Shown here: piece by piece, positions 16,586 to 32,558 of the stretch | Layout of the letters: each line of letters starts with the position of its first letter | How positions within the stretch are numbered: the first letter of the stretch is position 1 | The notes under the pieces: generated by a model | Seen by the model: only the letters and a program-made list of their open reading frames with translations | Database searches by the model: none | Told to the model about the DNA's origin: nothing | Assembly (NCBI RefSeq): GCF_009914755.1 | Contig: NC_060925.1 | Length of the DNA stretch: 64,000 nt | Reading direction: 5' to 3' (one strand) | From: the human T2T-CHM13v2.0 reference genome, Homo sapiens | Position numbers and translations under genes: made by a program

Positions 16586-17547
16586 TAAGGGGAACTCTCG
16601 GATCGGCCCCGCCGCGACCGCCACTGTCTCCCTTCTGGTTCCTGCTGCCCCTCTGTCCCCCCACCCTGTAAATCCTCTTTCTTTTTCGTTCCCACGACAG
16701 AAGTTCCCCCTTTGCCTGGACCTGAAGGTCCCTTCTCCCCCGCAGCACGTCGTGTCGCTTCACTCCCTTCTCTAGGCCTCTTCCTGGACTTCGAGCCTGA
16801 CCCTCTCCCACTTTGTCCAGATGTCTCGTTTTTCCCACAACCCCAGCCACCCACCCCACAGTCGAAAGGAACAGGTGTGAAAGTTAGCTTTCTTCCTCGC
16901 GTTTAGACTTTTTGAGACGAAAGCAATCTTGTTCTGTGGGTGCTGTGCGGCGCTTAAAAGGTGGATTTCTTATTTCTTCCTCTGTTGATTACATCCTAAG
17001 TCTGTGTCCCCCTGCCTTGCCTCAGGTTTTTTTTTTTTTTTTTTTTTTAATCAGTAAAGCAAGAATAAGGTAGGATATGGGTACTCTTAACTGTGAAGAC
17101 CCTGAAGTAACAATTCAAGGAACTTTTGGCATTTATAATGTACTTAAGTGTTTGCTGATACGCGTTCATTTACTGATACATGGCTTTTTAGTTGGTCAAG
17201 CCCTAAAATGCAAATGCCTGTATATAACTATGACTGTGCCTTCCCCCAATTCACATTGTTTTTAAGGATCCTCAAAGGAGAAACTACAGCTGCCCCACAC
17301 TGTGGGCACACAAATGACCTGCTGATGTTAAATTAACTGACCCGTGTATGTCATAAGGTTTCTCTCAATTCTGTTCACACTCTTGGAAAAATGCCTCAGA
17401 AAGTTTTCTTAGCCCAGCACCTGTGTATTAACCAATTAGTAATATACATACAGGATATACAAGCAGAAGTGTGATCACCTGTGCAACCAGAATCTGGCAA
17501 ATCTAAGGTCAAACACCTTTCCTTTGACCAAGTTTTCTCTCTTTTAG

Positions 17548-17686
17548 TGTCACTGTCAATGGCGCTACATGGACTTTGTAATAACCCTTTGAGGCACATA
17601 GCTGGGTGCCATGTAGAACATGTATCTGTTACGATAAGTGTGTGCCCAAGAAATCAGAAGAATGGACTTTAATCTCATTTTAGAAA
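17548..17686 (+). other. NCSTN: Candidate alternative exon in NCSTN intron 1 (poison cassette or alternative N-terminus MDFNLILES)
   Basis: Pyrimidine tract + AG ending 17547; A/GTATGA donor at 17687; internal ATG at 17662 is in frame with exon 2. Confidence 0.65.
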
Positions 17687-17793
17687 GTATGATATTAAAT
17701 GATTTACCCAAGCCATACTTCAGGTTAATGACACGATAGAAGCTAGTACCTGTGTCTCTCAAATTTTTCTAACACTTTTTATCTTCCGATCAG

Positions 17794-17898
17794 GTTTGTG
17801 CAGGGGAAACTCAGTGGAGAGGAAGATATATATCCCCTTAAATAAAACAGCTCCCTGTGTTCGCCTGCTCAACGCCACTCATCAGATTGGCTGCCAGT
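17794..17898 (+). CDS. NCSTN: NCSTN exon 2
   Basis: [35 protein letters not shown]; AG/GTGAGT; 105 nt. Confidence 0.97.
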
Positions 17899-18271
17899 GT
17901 GAGTTGAGATGGATTCATGTTTGTGGACATTGATATTTGTCTGTGCCCTAGATACTAAGTAACATCCATGTCCTGCTTAGGAGATTTGACACTTATATTG
18001 GACTGTATGTAGGCAGTTACAGATAACCGTCTGTCAAGCTAGGCAAGATAATTAATAAGAACTAACATTTAGTAAATGCTGCATACCAAGCTTTTTACAT
18101 GTGCATCTCATACAACCCCAACCACAACCCCACAAAATAGGTCTTACTGTTATTGTCACTTTATAAATGATGAAACTAAAACTTAAAGAAGTTGAGTAAC
18201 TTTCCCAAGATCATACTGGTAATAAGTGATGATGCCAGGATCTGGTGGCCCGAGCACTAAGCTGAGAGACC

Positions 18272-18564
<293 letters not shown>

Positions 18565-18724
18565 GAGCCAGCACTCTTAACCACCCTATTATACTGTTTT
18601 TTAAGGAGAAAAAAGTCTCATATTCTATGGTGTCCAGTTATCACTTGCACTCTGAACTTTTTGGAACCAAAATGGGCTAAAGGCAATGAACTATCTGAAG
18701 AGAAGGCACTGAAAATGCCAAATA

Positions 18725-19033
18725 GGCTGGGCGCAGTGGCACATGCCTGTAATCCCAGCACTTCAGGAGGTCAAGGCGGGTGGATCACTTGAGGTCAGGA
18801 GTTTGAGACCAATCTGCCAGCATGGTGAAACCCCCCCATCTCTACTAAAAATACAAAAATTAGCCGGCTGGCTGCTATGGCATGCCTGTAGTCCTAGCTT
18901 CTCGGGAGGCGGAAGCAGAAGAATCCCTTGAGCCCAGGAGGCGGAGGTTGCAGTGAGCTGAGATTGTGCCACCATACTCCAGTATAGGTGACAGAGTGAG
19001 ACACTGTCTGAAAAAAAAAAAAAAAAAAAAAAA
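18725..19033 (+). mobile_element. Alu
   Basis: Alu consensus; TSD GAAAATGC..AATA. Confidence 0.95.
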
Positions 19034-19677
19034 GAAAATGCTGAATAATTGCAAGAGGAATTAGTGAAGCATTCTATTTATCCTTTTTTAAAACTTTTTT
19101 TCCTTAAATTCAACTGACAGGCCGTTTATTTTCACACTTTGTGTGTTCCAAAAGAAGGTTCCATGACACTGTGGCTTTAAAAACTATCAAAATCATAGGG
19201 CAGGAAAAGTAGTAATCTAAAGGCTAACCTGCTGTCTTCAGATTTTGTTTCCCATGGACAATAGCTCTGTCAGAATGTAGTTTTGCAGATAAGCAGGAAA
19301 CTTGGGGTCTGATACTGGCTTCTTCATCATCAAATTGATCACCTCTGAATTTCAGTTTACCCCTGGAATAATGGTTGGAGTACTTGCATAAAGCTGAAAG
19401 TCAAATACCTCTTAATAGTTGTTTATTGATGACGCTAGGTAAATAGGGTGGTCTCAAAAGTGCTGTATAATTTCCTGAAGCCTTCTTCCCATTTGATAAG
19501 AGAAAACTGGGACACTGAGAAGTGAAGGACTTGTTCGTGGAAGCAGTTACTACTTTTTTAGCCATCTTTCCCTGAGCTATAGTATCTGTTAATTGTCCCA
19601 TGTCCCTGCTATACAAAGCACTGGGAGTAGGTTGACTGGTTCCAAACAGCCCCAAATAAAGTTTTTGTTGTACTTAG

Positions 19678-20040
<363 letters not shown>

Positions 20041-20676
20041 TCAGACTGCTGGTCTTGCTGGAACCTCACTATAAAGTACAGAAGGCCAGGACCCCAACCT
20101 CTTGTAACTAGGCTCTAAGAAAACTCCTTTGGGAATAAGTCATTCTACTCTATGTTCTTAAAACAGCTCTGTAGGAAGCAAAGCCTCTAGAGGTAAAGCC
20201 ACGTGCCAGTACAGAGAAACAAGAGGGGGTAAGCGGGACTGTGGCCACTTCCTCATTAAGATCTTGGTTCCTTTTCAACCTACTTATTTCCAAATCTTAC
20301 TTCGTCATATCTGTCTTTTCTGAGCAGGCTCCGCCCTTTTTAATTAGTGTAGCTAACATGATAAAACTAAGGAGAAAAAAGTGATACCCAGATTTGATTT
20401 CTGATTATAATACTCTGCTTCTCTTAGACGCTTTAAAGTTCTCAAAGGGGGCTTTAAATAGGTTTCTTTTCCCTCCCTCCCTCCTTCTATCCTTTCTTCC
20501 TTCTTTCGTCTGTCCCCACAGTATGAGATGAATAGAGGTAGAAAACCTCATTGAAGGCGCAGAGAAAATAAGCAAGTTACTTAAGACTACACCATTACTA
20601 GTTGGAACCCAGATTAGAATCCAGGTTTTTTTCAGTCCAGTATCATAGTTTGTCTTCCTGTCCTCCCTGGAGTTGA

Positions 20677-20985
<309 letters not shown>

Positions 20986-21322
20986 GAAGTTATATATGTT
21001 TTAGTTGCCACACTATCTGTTCCTTTTCCCATGTTTTAAATGCTGTGGCAAGGGCCGGGCATGGTGGCTCACTCCTGTAACCCTAGCACTTTGGGAGGCT
21101 GAGTGGGCATTTAAAGTGATGCTGATATACAGCCAGGGCTGAGAACTACTGGTCTAAAATAATTGATGAATAACATATCCAATTTTCTGTAGGGAGAAGA
21201 CTCACAGGGAGACCCTAGGATATCTCCACACAGATCACTGGGGACTTAAGGAGTATTACCTAATGCCTTGAATTATGTAGAATTCAAAGTATTCTGGACT
21301 CTGGGTCATCCATCCTCTAATA

Positions 21323-21547
21323 CAGTGCTTCCCAATCTTTATCATGTCATGAGACACATAGAAAATGTTATTTGTATAGCATCCTGGCACATAGAGAAAT
21401 GGGTGATATTTTCAGGGCATCCTGGGGTAAATGATAAGTAGGCTCCTGGCTGGAGGTGACTTTGGAAACCCTAGGTTTCCTGGAATGAGGAGAACCAATG
21501 AGAGCACATCTCTGATCCATTCGAGGCTTATCAATTGGGAAGCTCTG
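21323..21547. mobile_element. hAT-Charlie-type MITE
   Basis: Terminal inverted repeats CAGTGCTTCCCAAT / ATTGGGAAGCTCTG. Confidence 0.7.
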
Positions 21548-22070
21548 TTTTAGAAACCTCAGAGTTCTTGACTAACCTCATCTAAAACCGGCCAGAAGCA
21601 AGTAAAGTCATTCCCAAAAAGGGCAAAAGGAATGACGATCCAGGAAAGCTCCTGAGGCCAAGGGCATGTATGCATGTGTTTTTACAAAGGAAGATTCAAA
21701 GCTAAAACCCTGAGCTAGAGATTTAGTGGCATTTCCTAGAGAAAATATAGGTTTGAAAACTTTGGTGTCTATTGTTGTAGAATCTTATGTATATGGCTAA
21801 ATAAGGTTGAGGGCAGAGGGCAAAAAAATGAAGTTCACAGAACCTTTCTGGCATATAATGAGTCCTCTTGTGCTCTTTTATATTCCATTCCCTCCTGATA
21901 ACCTTCAGATGGAGCTGGGGCAACAGCTTTTCAGTTCAAATCTAGAGGTGCCTGTATTCACCCAAATATGTTGTGACATCTTTAGGGGATAAAAGATACG
22001 CAGAATCAGTGAGGCAAAGTCAGAATTGTTAACTATGGGAGCTTTAATTTGACTCATTCTGTCCTGGCAG

Positions 22071-22194
22071 CTTCAATTAGTGGAGACACAGGGGTTATCC
22101 ACGTAGTAGAGAAAGAGGAGGACCTACAGTGGGTATTGACTGATGGCCCCAACCCCCCTTACATGGTTCTGCTGGAGAGCAAGCATTTTACCAG
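22071..22194 (+). CDS. NCSTN: NCSTN exon 3
   Basis: [41 protein letters not shown]; AG/GTAAGA; 124 nt. Confidence 0.97.
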
Positions 22195-22620
22195 GTAAGA
22201 ACTAGATGTATCTGCTGGGAAAACATCCATAGAGGGAAAGTTTCAGTGAACAGTCCTCACACTTATTAGTGAAAACTTCCCTTGGCTGCCCTGGTCTGGT
22301 CAGGGGAGAGGGCAGGGTGGTCCTCAGAAGGAAAGGTGTACCATCAAAAGAAATGATCTTGAGCTTAGGGCTAAATTTCACCTACCTGTCCCTGAGTAAC
22401 CCTGGGCATCCCTCCCCTCCCTCCCTGGGGTCCTTACTCACTAAAGCTCTACTTTTTAGAGCAGATCATTGTCCAGACTCAGAATTTAGAGACTGAAAGG
22501 GAAGAAATAAGTCAACAGTTTGATTCCCCTAGTTCCCCATTTGTTTCCATCCTGCAGGCAGAATGTCAGGCTGTCTGATACCTTCCTGTGTTCCTTCATG
22601 GAATTCCTTTCCTATTCCAG

Positions 22621-22742
22621 GGATTTAATGGAGAAGCTGAAAGGGAGAACCAGCCGAATTGCTGGTCTTGCAGTGTCCTTGACCAAGCCCAGTCCTGCCT
22701 CAGGCTTCTCTCCTAGTGTACAGTGCCCAAATGATGGGTTTG
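22621..22742 (+). CDS. NCSTN: NCSTN exon 4
   Basis: [41 protein letters not shown]; AG/GTAAGT; 122 nt. Confidence 0.97.
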
Positions 22743-23176
22743 GTAAGTGTCCCAAAGGATCAGGAGAGCCTACTGTCACCTAAGGCTCACTGTTGCTTCG
22801 GTCTTACGTCTTTGTGAGGGATGTATATGTGTTTGTGTCTGTGTGTAGTGTCAGTAACTGACTCCCAAACAGGGGGTAGTGTTTATTTGTCTTTGCTGCT
22901 CATCCCTTCCCTCTCCTGCTTCCCCTTCCTTTGCCTTACCTGGCATTATCTCTTTTTGTCACGTGTTCACATCCCTAATCTTACAGCCTAAGACTCCCTG
23001 ATACCATTGTCTTTCTATTTTAGTGTGGATGGTAATAGACTTCATGCCTACTTCTTTGAGTCACCACCTCCTTTTGAACTCTTAGTCCCAACTGAAAGAT
23101 TCTTCTGCCGTCACCTGGTTCCTAAGTACTTGGTGTCCCAGTAACCAGTCCCCCTATTCCCCATCCTTCCCTTCAG

Positions 23177-23322
23177 GTGTTTACTCCAATTCCTATGGGC
23201 CAGAGTTTGCTCACTGCAGAGAAATACAGTGGAATTCGCTGGGCAATGGTTTGGCTTATGAAGACTTTAGTTTCCCCATCTTTCTTCTTGAAGATGAAAA
23301 TGAAACCAAAGTCATCAAGCAG
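23177..23322 (+). CDS. NCSTN: NCSTN exon 5 (contains codon S177)
   Basis: [49 protein letters not shown]; 146 nt. Confidence 0.97.
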
Positions 23323-23375
23323 GTAATGACACTGCCAGCTCCTAGCAATTCCAGTTAGAAAGAAGATTATTTTTC

Positions 23376-23545
23376 TAGCCAGGTGTGGTGGTGTGTGCAC
23401 GTAGTCCCAGCCACCCGGGAGGCTGAGACAGGAGGATCACTTGAGGCCGGGAGGCAGAGGTTTCAGTGAGCTGAGATGGCACCATTGCACTCCAGCCTGG
23501 GTGACAGAGCAAGGCCCTGTGTCACAAAAAAAAAAAAAAAAAAAG
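23376..23545 (+). mobile_element. Alu right monomer (FRAM/AluJ-like), NCSTN intron 5
   Basis: Right arm + A tail; TSD A(A/G)GATTATTTT. Confidence 0.9.
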
Positions 23546-24161
23546 GATTATTTTATAGGCTCTCCTATTTGGAGGGTGGCTCATTCTTCTGGTACACCTG
23601 CTGAAAGACGGTTGCTCCAAAAAGAACCAAGACGTTAGTTCTTCTCACATTCTTTCCCCACATTTTGCTCCTACCTGATATTACAGCATTAAAGCCTTTT
23701 AGACTAGAAGAAAATATAAAGAATATCTGAAAGAGTAATATGAAACAAGGTACACAGCCCAGGTTAAGAACCACTAGTATCGTTAAAAAAAAAAGCATTG
23801 GATTAGAGATTGAGAAATTCAATTTGGTAATTTCTGAGCTTCTTTTTAGCTCTAATATGCCTTAATTCTGGTCTAGTATTTCCATTTTGACTCATAGAGT
23901 AGTTAAGAGATTTGTCCAAAGTTGTATGGTGAGTTGATCTCCAAGCTGTGTCATATCTGATTTCCTATCTCTAGTTTGGTGCTCTTTGTATCAGACCACA
24001 CTGAATCTTTTCAGTGGCTGAAGCTTCAAATTGGGCCAGGCCATCTGGAATGGGATAGTTTCATCTCCAGCTAAACCACTGAGTCTGCAACCCTTTGTAA
24101 CTCTTGATGAGTTTTTTTCTTTGACCTTATAGATCCTATGGTGGTTCTAGGATAACTATAG

Positions 24162-24527
<366 letters not shown>

Positions 24528-24622
24528 TAATAGGGAAGGAGTAGACACCATGAAGGAGCTCTGCATGGGAGAACTAGAAACAATTCTGAAAAATTTAGGC
24601 AGCTTGTTCCTAAAGTGGATAG

Positions 24623-24892
<270 letters not shown>

Positions 24893-25125
24893 TGATCAGG
24901 ATGGGCAGGGCTGGCACAAAAAGAGCTGGTAGGCCCCGCTCTAGCATATCAGATTTCAAAGTTGCTAAATTGGGAAGCCTCAAATGGGGAGGAATCTGGG
25001 CTGTGGGACTCCTGGGTTGTCTCCATTGCCACAGGACAGGTATATTCTCTTGACTGGAGCAAGAAAGGAGGTTTGGGGCCAGTTTTAAAGTATATATCCC
25101 CTGACTTTTCTTCTGTTGTACCTAG

Positions 25126-25278
25126 CTGGATAGTCGTTCCTTTTTCTGGAATGTGGCCCCAGGGGCTGAAAGCGCAGTGGCTTCCTTTGTCACCCAGCTG
25201 GCTGCTGCTGAAGCTTTGCAAAAGGCACCTGATGTGACCACCCTGCCCCGCAATGTCATGTTTGTCTTCTTTCAAGGG
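25126..25278 (+). CDS. NCSTN: NCSTN exon 8
   Basis: [51 protein letters not shown]; 153 nt. Confidence 0.97.
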
Positions 25279-25886
25279 GTAAGGGCTCTTTGGCTGGGGT
25301 GCAATGGCAGGGAAGAAAGAGGATAGTAAAGATGAGAGTGGCTACTGGTTGGAGAAGACCTCAGCACTTGACCTAAGTTGTTAACCAGCACAGAGCTTCT
25401 GGATGTGTCTACATGTGTCTCCCCTTTAGATTCCTCCATTTTAGGAAGCTTAGATTCCTTCTTTTTAGGAAGCTTTTACACCCTGAATTGGTATGTAACC
25501 AGCCCCCTCTTTCCCCCACTGATAAGATATATTGGAGGCGGCCTTTTACTTTTATTCTCTGGACTCCTTTACTGCTATCTCCATCCAGGAGCCGTTAGGC
25601 TCCTGACTCTCATCACTAGGACCACAGCAGAATAAGGGAACAGCATCTGTGGCTGAGTCACTGGAGGTGGGGGACCGTTAAGAATCAGACACATAATAGC
25701 TGATGTTCATCTTAGACCTTTACTAAGGCTACTTTCCCCATTTCTGGGCTTCAGAAGTCTTGTAATACATATGAGGGATAGTCACAGCTGGGAGGTGGGG
25801 CCAAGAGAAGCCGAAAGTCACATGACTGTAAGCTGACTAGCAGTTGAGGTGACCTGAGATAGTCGTCTTACCTACAGCTTTGATGA

Positions 25887-26099
<213 letters not shown>

Positions 26100-26102
26100 T
26101 AA

Positions 26103-26315
<213 letters not shown>

Positions 26316-27111
26316 TGAGCATCTCCCCTCATTTCCTATTCCTACAGCTCAGAATCCAGACCCCAACCCCTGCCCTGTTTCCACCAACCCCCAGGGCCTG
26401 TGAGACAGGGTAAGAGACAGGATTGGATTGGGTGTTGGCCAAAGGATGAACACCACAGCTGTTGTTGCTGCTGGGAAGAATCAGGAACTCAGTGACATTC
26501 CATTGGTTCCCTGGACTGGGTAGTTCTCTGATCATTTGTTGCCTAGCAGACTACCACTGCCCATTAAGGATAGGTGAGTGACTAGCTCCCTTCTTGCCTT
26601 GCTGCCCCATGGATCCAATTGTCAAGGCTGCTCTACCCAAGTCCTGGCTGTGTCACACTCGCTGCCCAACTTGTCCTCCACTTTCCTCATTGCTTGTTCA
26701 AAACCTTCCCTTCCCTCTAGGTCCACCTTTAGGCCTGCTTTTTTCCAGGTGGTCCTCTTTCTGCAATTCCAGCCTTCAGCATCATCCCTGCTCTGGACTC
26801 CTGTAGCATTTAAAGAATTGGTTATCTGTTTGGCATTCAGCACGCAGTTTTCTATTATTATTTGCTCCCTTCAATTCTGCACAATAAATAATAAGTGAAG
26901 CATCCACTGAGGATAAAGCAGAGTCTTGAAGACAGTAGAATTTACTTATAAATATGAAAAAAAAGGTCTCTTCTTTATGCCCCAATTTTCTAACTCTAAA
27001 AAGAATGGTGGAAGCTACAGGAAATTCAGAGAGCCTTGGTCCCAAAAGGCTTGAGGGATAAAGGTCTACTAGAGATAGGGTAGCTCCCCAAGCAGGGAAC
27101 TTGAAGTATAG

Positions 27112-27363
<252 letters not shown>

Positions 27364-28726
27364 TAAGAATCACTTGGCCCTGCACCCTCTTCATTCTTGA
27401 AGAGAGTCTATTCTGCAGTCTGGGAGGAAGGTCACTGCCCTCCGCTTTCCCACACTACCCCCTCCAGAACTTCAGGTCCATCTGTATTCTTTGCTCAGTG
27501 GCGTTTTCACATCTGAACTGAAACCCTTATTTGTTTGACTGGATATTCATCTTAGAAACTCATCCTCACCCTTAGCCCTTTACTGTCAACAATCCTTGGT
27601 TATGGTTCCACTGCTCCCTAGCTCTCCAGGGTCCTGAGTTCCTCAGGGTTGCCAGCAGAGGGCATCATCTCAAACACAAGCATGGGAAGGATGGTGGGGG
27701 CCCTTTGGCTAGAAGACAGAAAGCAGTCCTTCTCTGGAACTCACCCAGAGGTGCCAGAAACAGTATTCATACTCTGTGAAATGTACCATGTTCTTGCCAT
27801 GTGGTAGATGGCCATGGTTCAGTGCGAGGGTAAAAGTGCCTCCTATAGCTGATGGGGCTCCAGAGATACAAAGGGTAACTCTGGGTTACCCTTTAACTGC
27901 TCCTAACTTGAGGCCTTGGATAACAGGGGACTTCTTACTCAGGCTGGATTGCCAAGCTTCCCGAGGGCCAAATGAGTTTCGTAGTGAAAATGCTTGAGCT
28001 CTATTTCTGACCCCAGCCAAGTAGCACCTTCTCATTCATTTAGGGGAGTGACCGTCCTAGCACTTAGGGTCAGCTGTCTTCTCTAAAGCTATCCTTGTAC
28101 CACTTTGGGGCAAGTGAAGATTCATCATTTGAACACATTTTGGATTTGATTATGTAGCTGACTTGACTTTGTGTGGGACAGGGATTTACTGATGGTAAAG
28201 ACTGTGGAGCTCAGCCTCTCTTTTAAGATCTATCTCCTTGGGGCTCCATAAGGATCATCATGGTGATTTTATCAGTGTATTCTTATATATCAGTGAGCAG
28301 ACCTGATCCTAAGACCTGCTAATCACCTCCTGCTCCCAGCTACCCTAAATATAAATGTTCATTGGAACAGTTATACAACTGATCTCATGATACATGGCAG
28401 AGTTCTCTGAAAATCATCTTAGCCATCCCCCATATCTCCAGCCCAAATGATGTAGAAGAGTCTCTCCTTTGTTTAAAGATCTGAGCTCATTCAGCTTTTC
28501 TACCTTGTCTGTCAGGAAAGTCTTTAATTTTCACTAACCACCTCACCCTCACTCCTACCTCCCTGTTCTCCACACCTTCTGCAATATGGGATCCTGATTG
28601 TCTCTCACCCCTTTCTTCTGATGCTGAAAATGAGATACTGAGTCCCTGCATAAGGAGCATTTGAGGGAGGAAAGGGGCAGAGCCCTGGCTAAATGTAGCC
28701 AAGGCTCATGCCGGCTTTCCTGGCAG

Positions 28727-28829
28727 ATATTACCAGAGTATTTACGACACTGCTGAGAACATTAATGTGAGCTATCCCGAATGGCTGAGCCCTGAAGAGG
28801 ACCTGAACTTTGTAACAGACACTGCCAAG
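28727..28829 (+). CDS. NCSTN: NCSTN exon 12
   Basis: [35 protein letters not shown]; 103 nt. Confidence 0.97.
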
Positions 28830-28895
28830 GTAGCACTGAGCCAGGCTGGGTGGGAGCCTGGGGCACACAGTGAAGATGCTAGCATTTGAGGATAG

Positions 28896-29448
<553 letters not shown>

Positions 29449-29562
29449 TAGCTGAGGAAAGGGATAGAGAAAAAGTCTTTTGGTTTAACCTTTATTATTT
29501 TTTTTCTTTTTCCTCTCTGTTTTTCTTACCCCCTGTTTTCCTTTCTTTCTTCTCATATTTGA

Positions 29563-29892
<330 letters not shown>

Positions 29893-30007
29893 TAGACCTA
29901 GTTAGACCCAGGGGATTGGGATGGAGAGGTGGAGAGATGCAGTCCTCAGCAATTGGGTGTTGAAAAGCCTGGGTGAAAATGGACCATCTGAAGGGTAAAG
30001 GGACAGC

Positions 30008-30045
30008 AGCCAGTTAGCTCAATTGGTTAGAGCATGGCACTGATA
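30008..30045 (+). pseudogene. 5'-half tRNA-Ile retrocopy (tailless retropseudogene) in NCSTN intron 15
   Basis: AGCCAGTTAGCTCAATTGGTTAGAGCATGGCACTGATA vs tRNA-Ile 5' half GGCCGGTTAGCTCAGTTGGTTAGAGCGTGGTGCTAATA (31/38, all differences transitions); flanked by direct repeats AGGGTAAAGGGA / AGGGTAGAGGGA. Confidence 0.8.
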
Positions 30046-30046
30046 G

Positions 30047-30427
<381 letters not shown>

Positions 30428-30479
30428 TAGCAAAAGCCTACTGCAAATCTGTCCCTGGTCAGCCAGCATGTTCCCTTAG

Positions 30480-30802
<323 letters not shown>

Positions 30803-31181
30803 TGAGTAGGTGTTCATTCTGGAGAGCCCCTGTGGATCCCAGAACTCTTTCACAGCTTCAACTCCCGGCTGGCATTCCCCATCTGGCACAGCTGGGATGA
30901 GTCAGTCTAATGTACCGAGCTCCTGTCACAAGTCAGTAATGTAAGTGCCGCAAGGGAACCAAAGCCATGGGCCCTCCTTTCAAAATGCCTAAAATCTAAG
31001 TAATACAAGATGGAAGCAAGAACAGAGATGCTTTACTTCTCTTTTCAAATGGGGAGACAAAGTCTGTAGGCTGGAGAGATGTTGCCCATGATTATTCCAT
31101 AGTTGGTGCTTAGAGCCAGCATCCGAATTCCCATGGCTCCAAACCCCAAACAGTTATCCAAAAAACTGCACTGAGTTCTGA

Positions 31182-31343
<162 letters not shown>

Positions 31344-31500
31344 GGAGGACCCCAGCTTTTCTTGCCAGCTCAGCAGTTCACTTCCTAGAGCATCTGTCCC
31401 ACTGGGACACAACCACTAATTTGTCACTGGAACCTCCCTGGGCCTGTCTCAGATTGGGATTAACATAAAAGAGTGGAACTATCCAAAAGAGACAGGGAGA

Positions 31501-31510
31501 AATAAATAAA
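31501..31510 (+). terminator. Candidate proximal polyadenylation signal (overlapping AATAAA x2) in NCSTN 3' UTR
   Basis: AATAAATAAA about 160 nt after the stop codon. Confidence 0.4.
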
Positions 31511-32000
31511 TTGCCTCCCTTCCTCCGCTCCCCTTTCCCATCACCCCTTCCCCATTTCCTCTTCCTTCTCTACTCATGCCAGATTTTGGGATTACAAATA
31601 GAAGCTTCTTGCTCCTGTTTAACTCCCTAGTTACCCACCCTAATTTGCCCTTCAGGACCCTTCTACTTTTTCCTTCCTGCCCTGTACCTCTCTCTGCTCC
31701 TCACCCCCACCCCTGTACCCAGCCACCTTCCTGACTGGGAAGGACATAAAAGGTTTAATGTCAGGGTCAAACTACATTGAGCCCCTGAGGACAGGGGCAT
31801 CTCTGGGCTGAGCCTACTGTCTCCTTCCCACTGTCCTTTCTCCAGGCCCTCAGATGGCACATTAGGGTGGGCGTGCTGCGGGTGGGTATCCCACCTCCAG
31901 CCCACAGTGCTCAGTTGTACTTTTTATTAAGCTGTAATATCTATTTTTGTTTTTGTCTTTTTCCTTTATTCTTTTTGTAAATATATATATAATGAGTTTC

Positions 32001-32006
32001 ATTAAA
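32001..32006 (+). terminator. NCSTN distal polyadenylation signal ATTAAA
   Basis: ATTAAA preceded by a U-rich tract and several TGTA motifs (about 31917-31980). Confidence 0.75.
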
Positions 32007-32087
32007 ATAGATTATCCCACACGACTTGTACTGCTAGTTATTCTTCCCAGGCCACCTTGTTCAGCGAGCCTAGACTGGAAGTCATGA

Positions 32088-32558
<471 letters not shown>

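Noticed and set aside
30008-30045. Functional tRNA gene
   Set aside because: No T arm/B box or 3' acceptor stem; kept only as a retrocopy.
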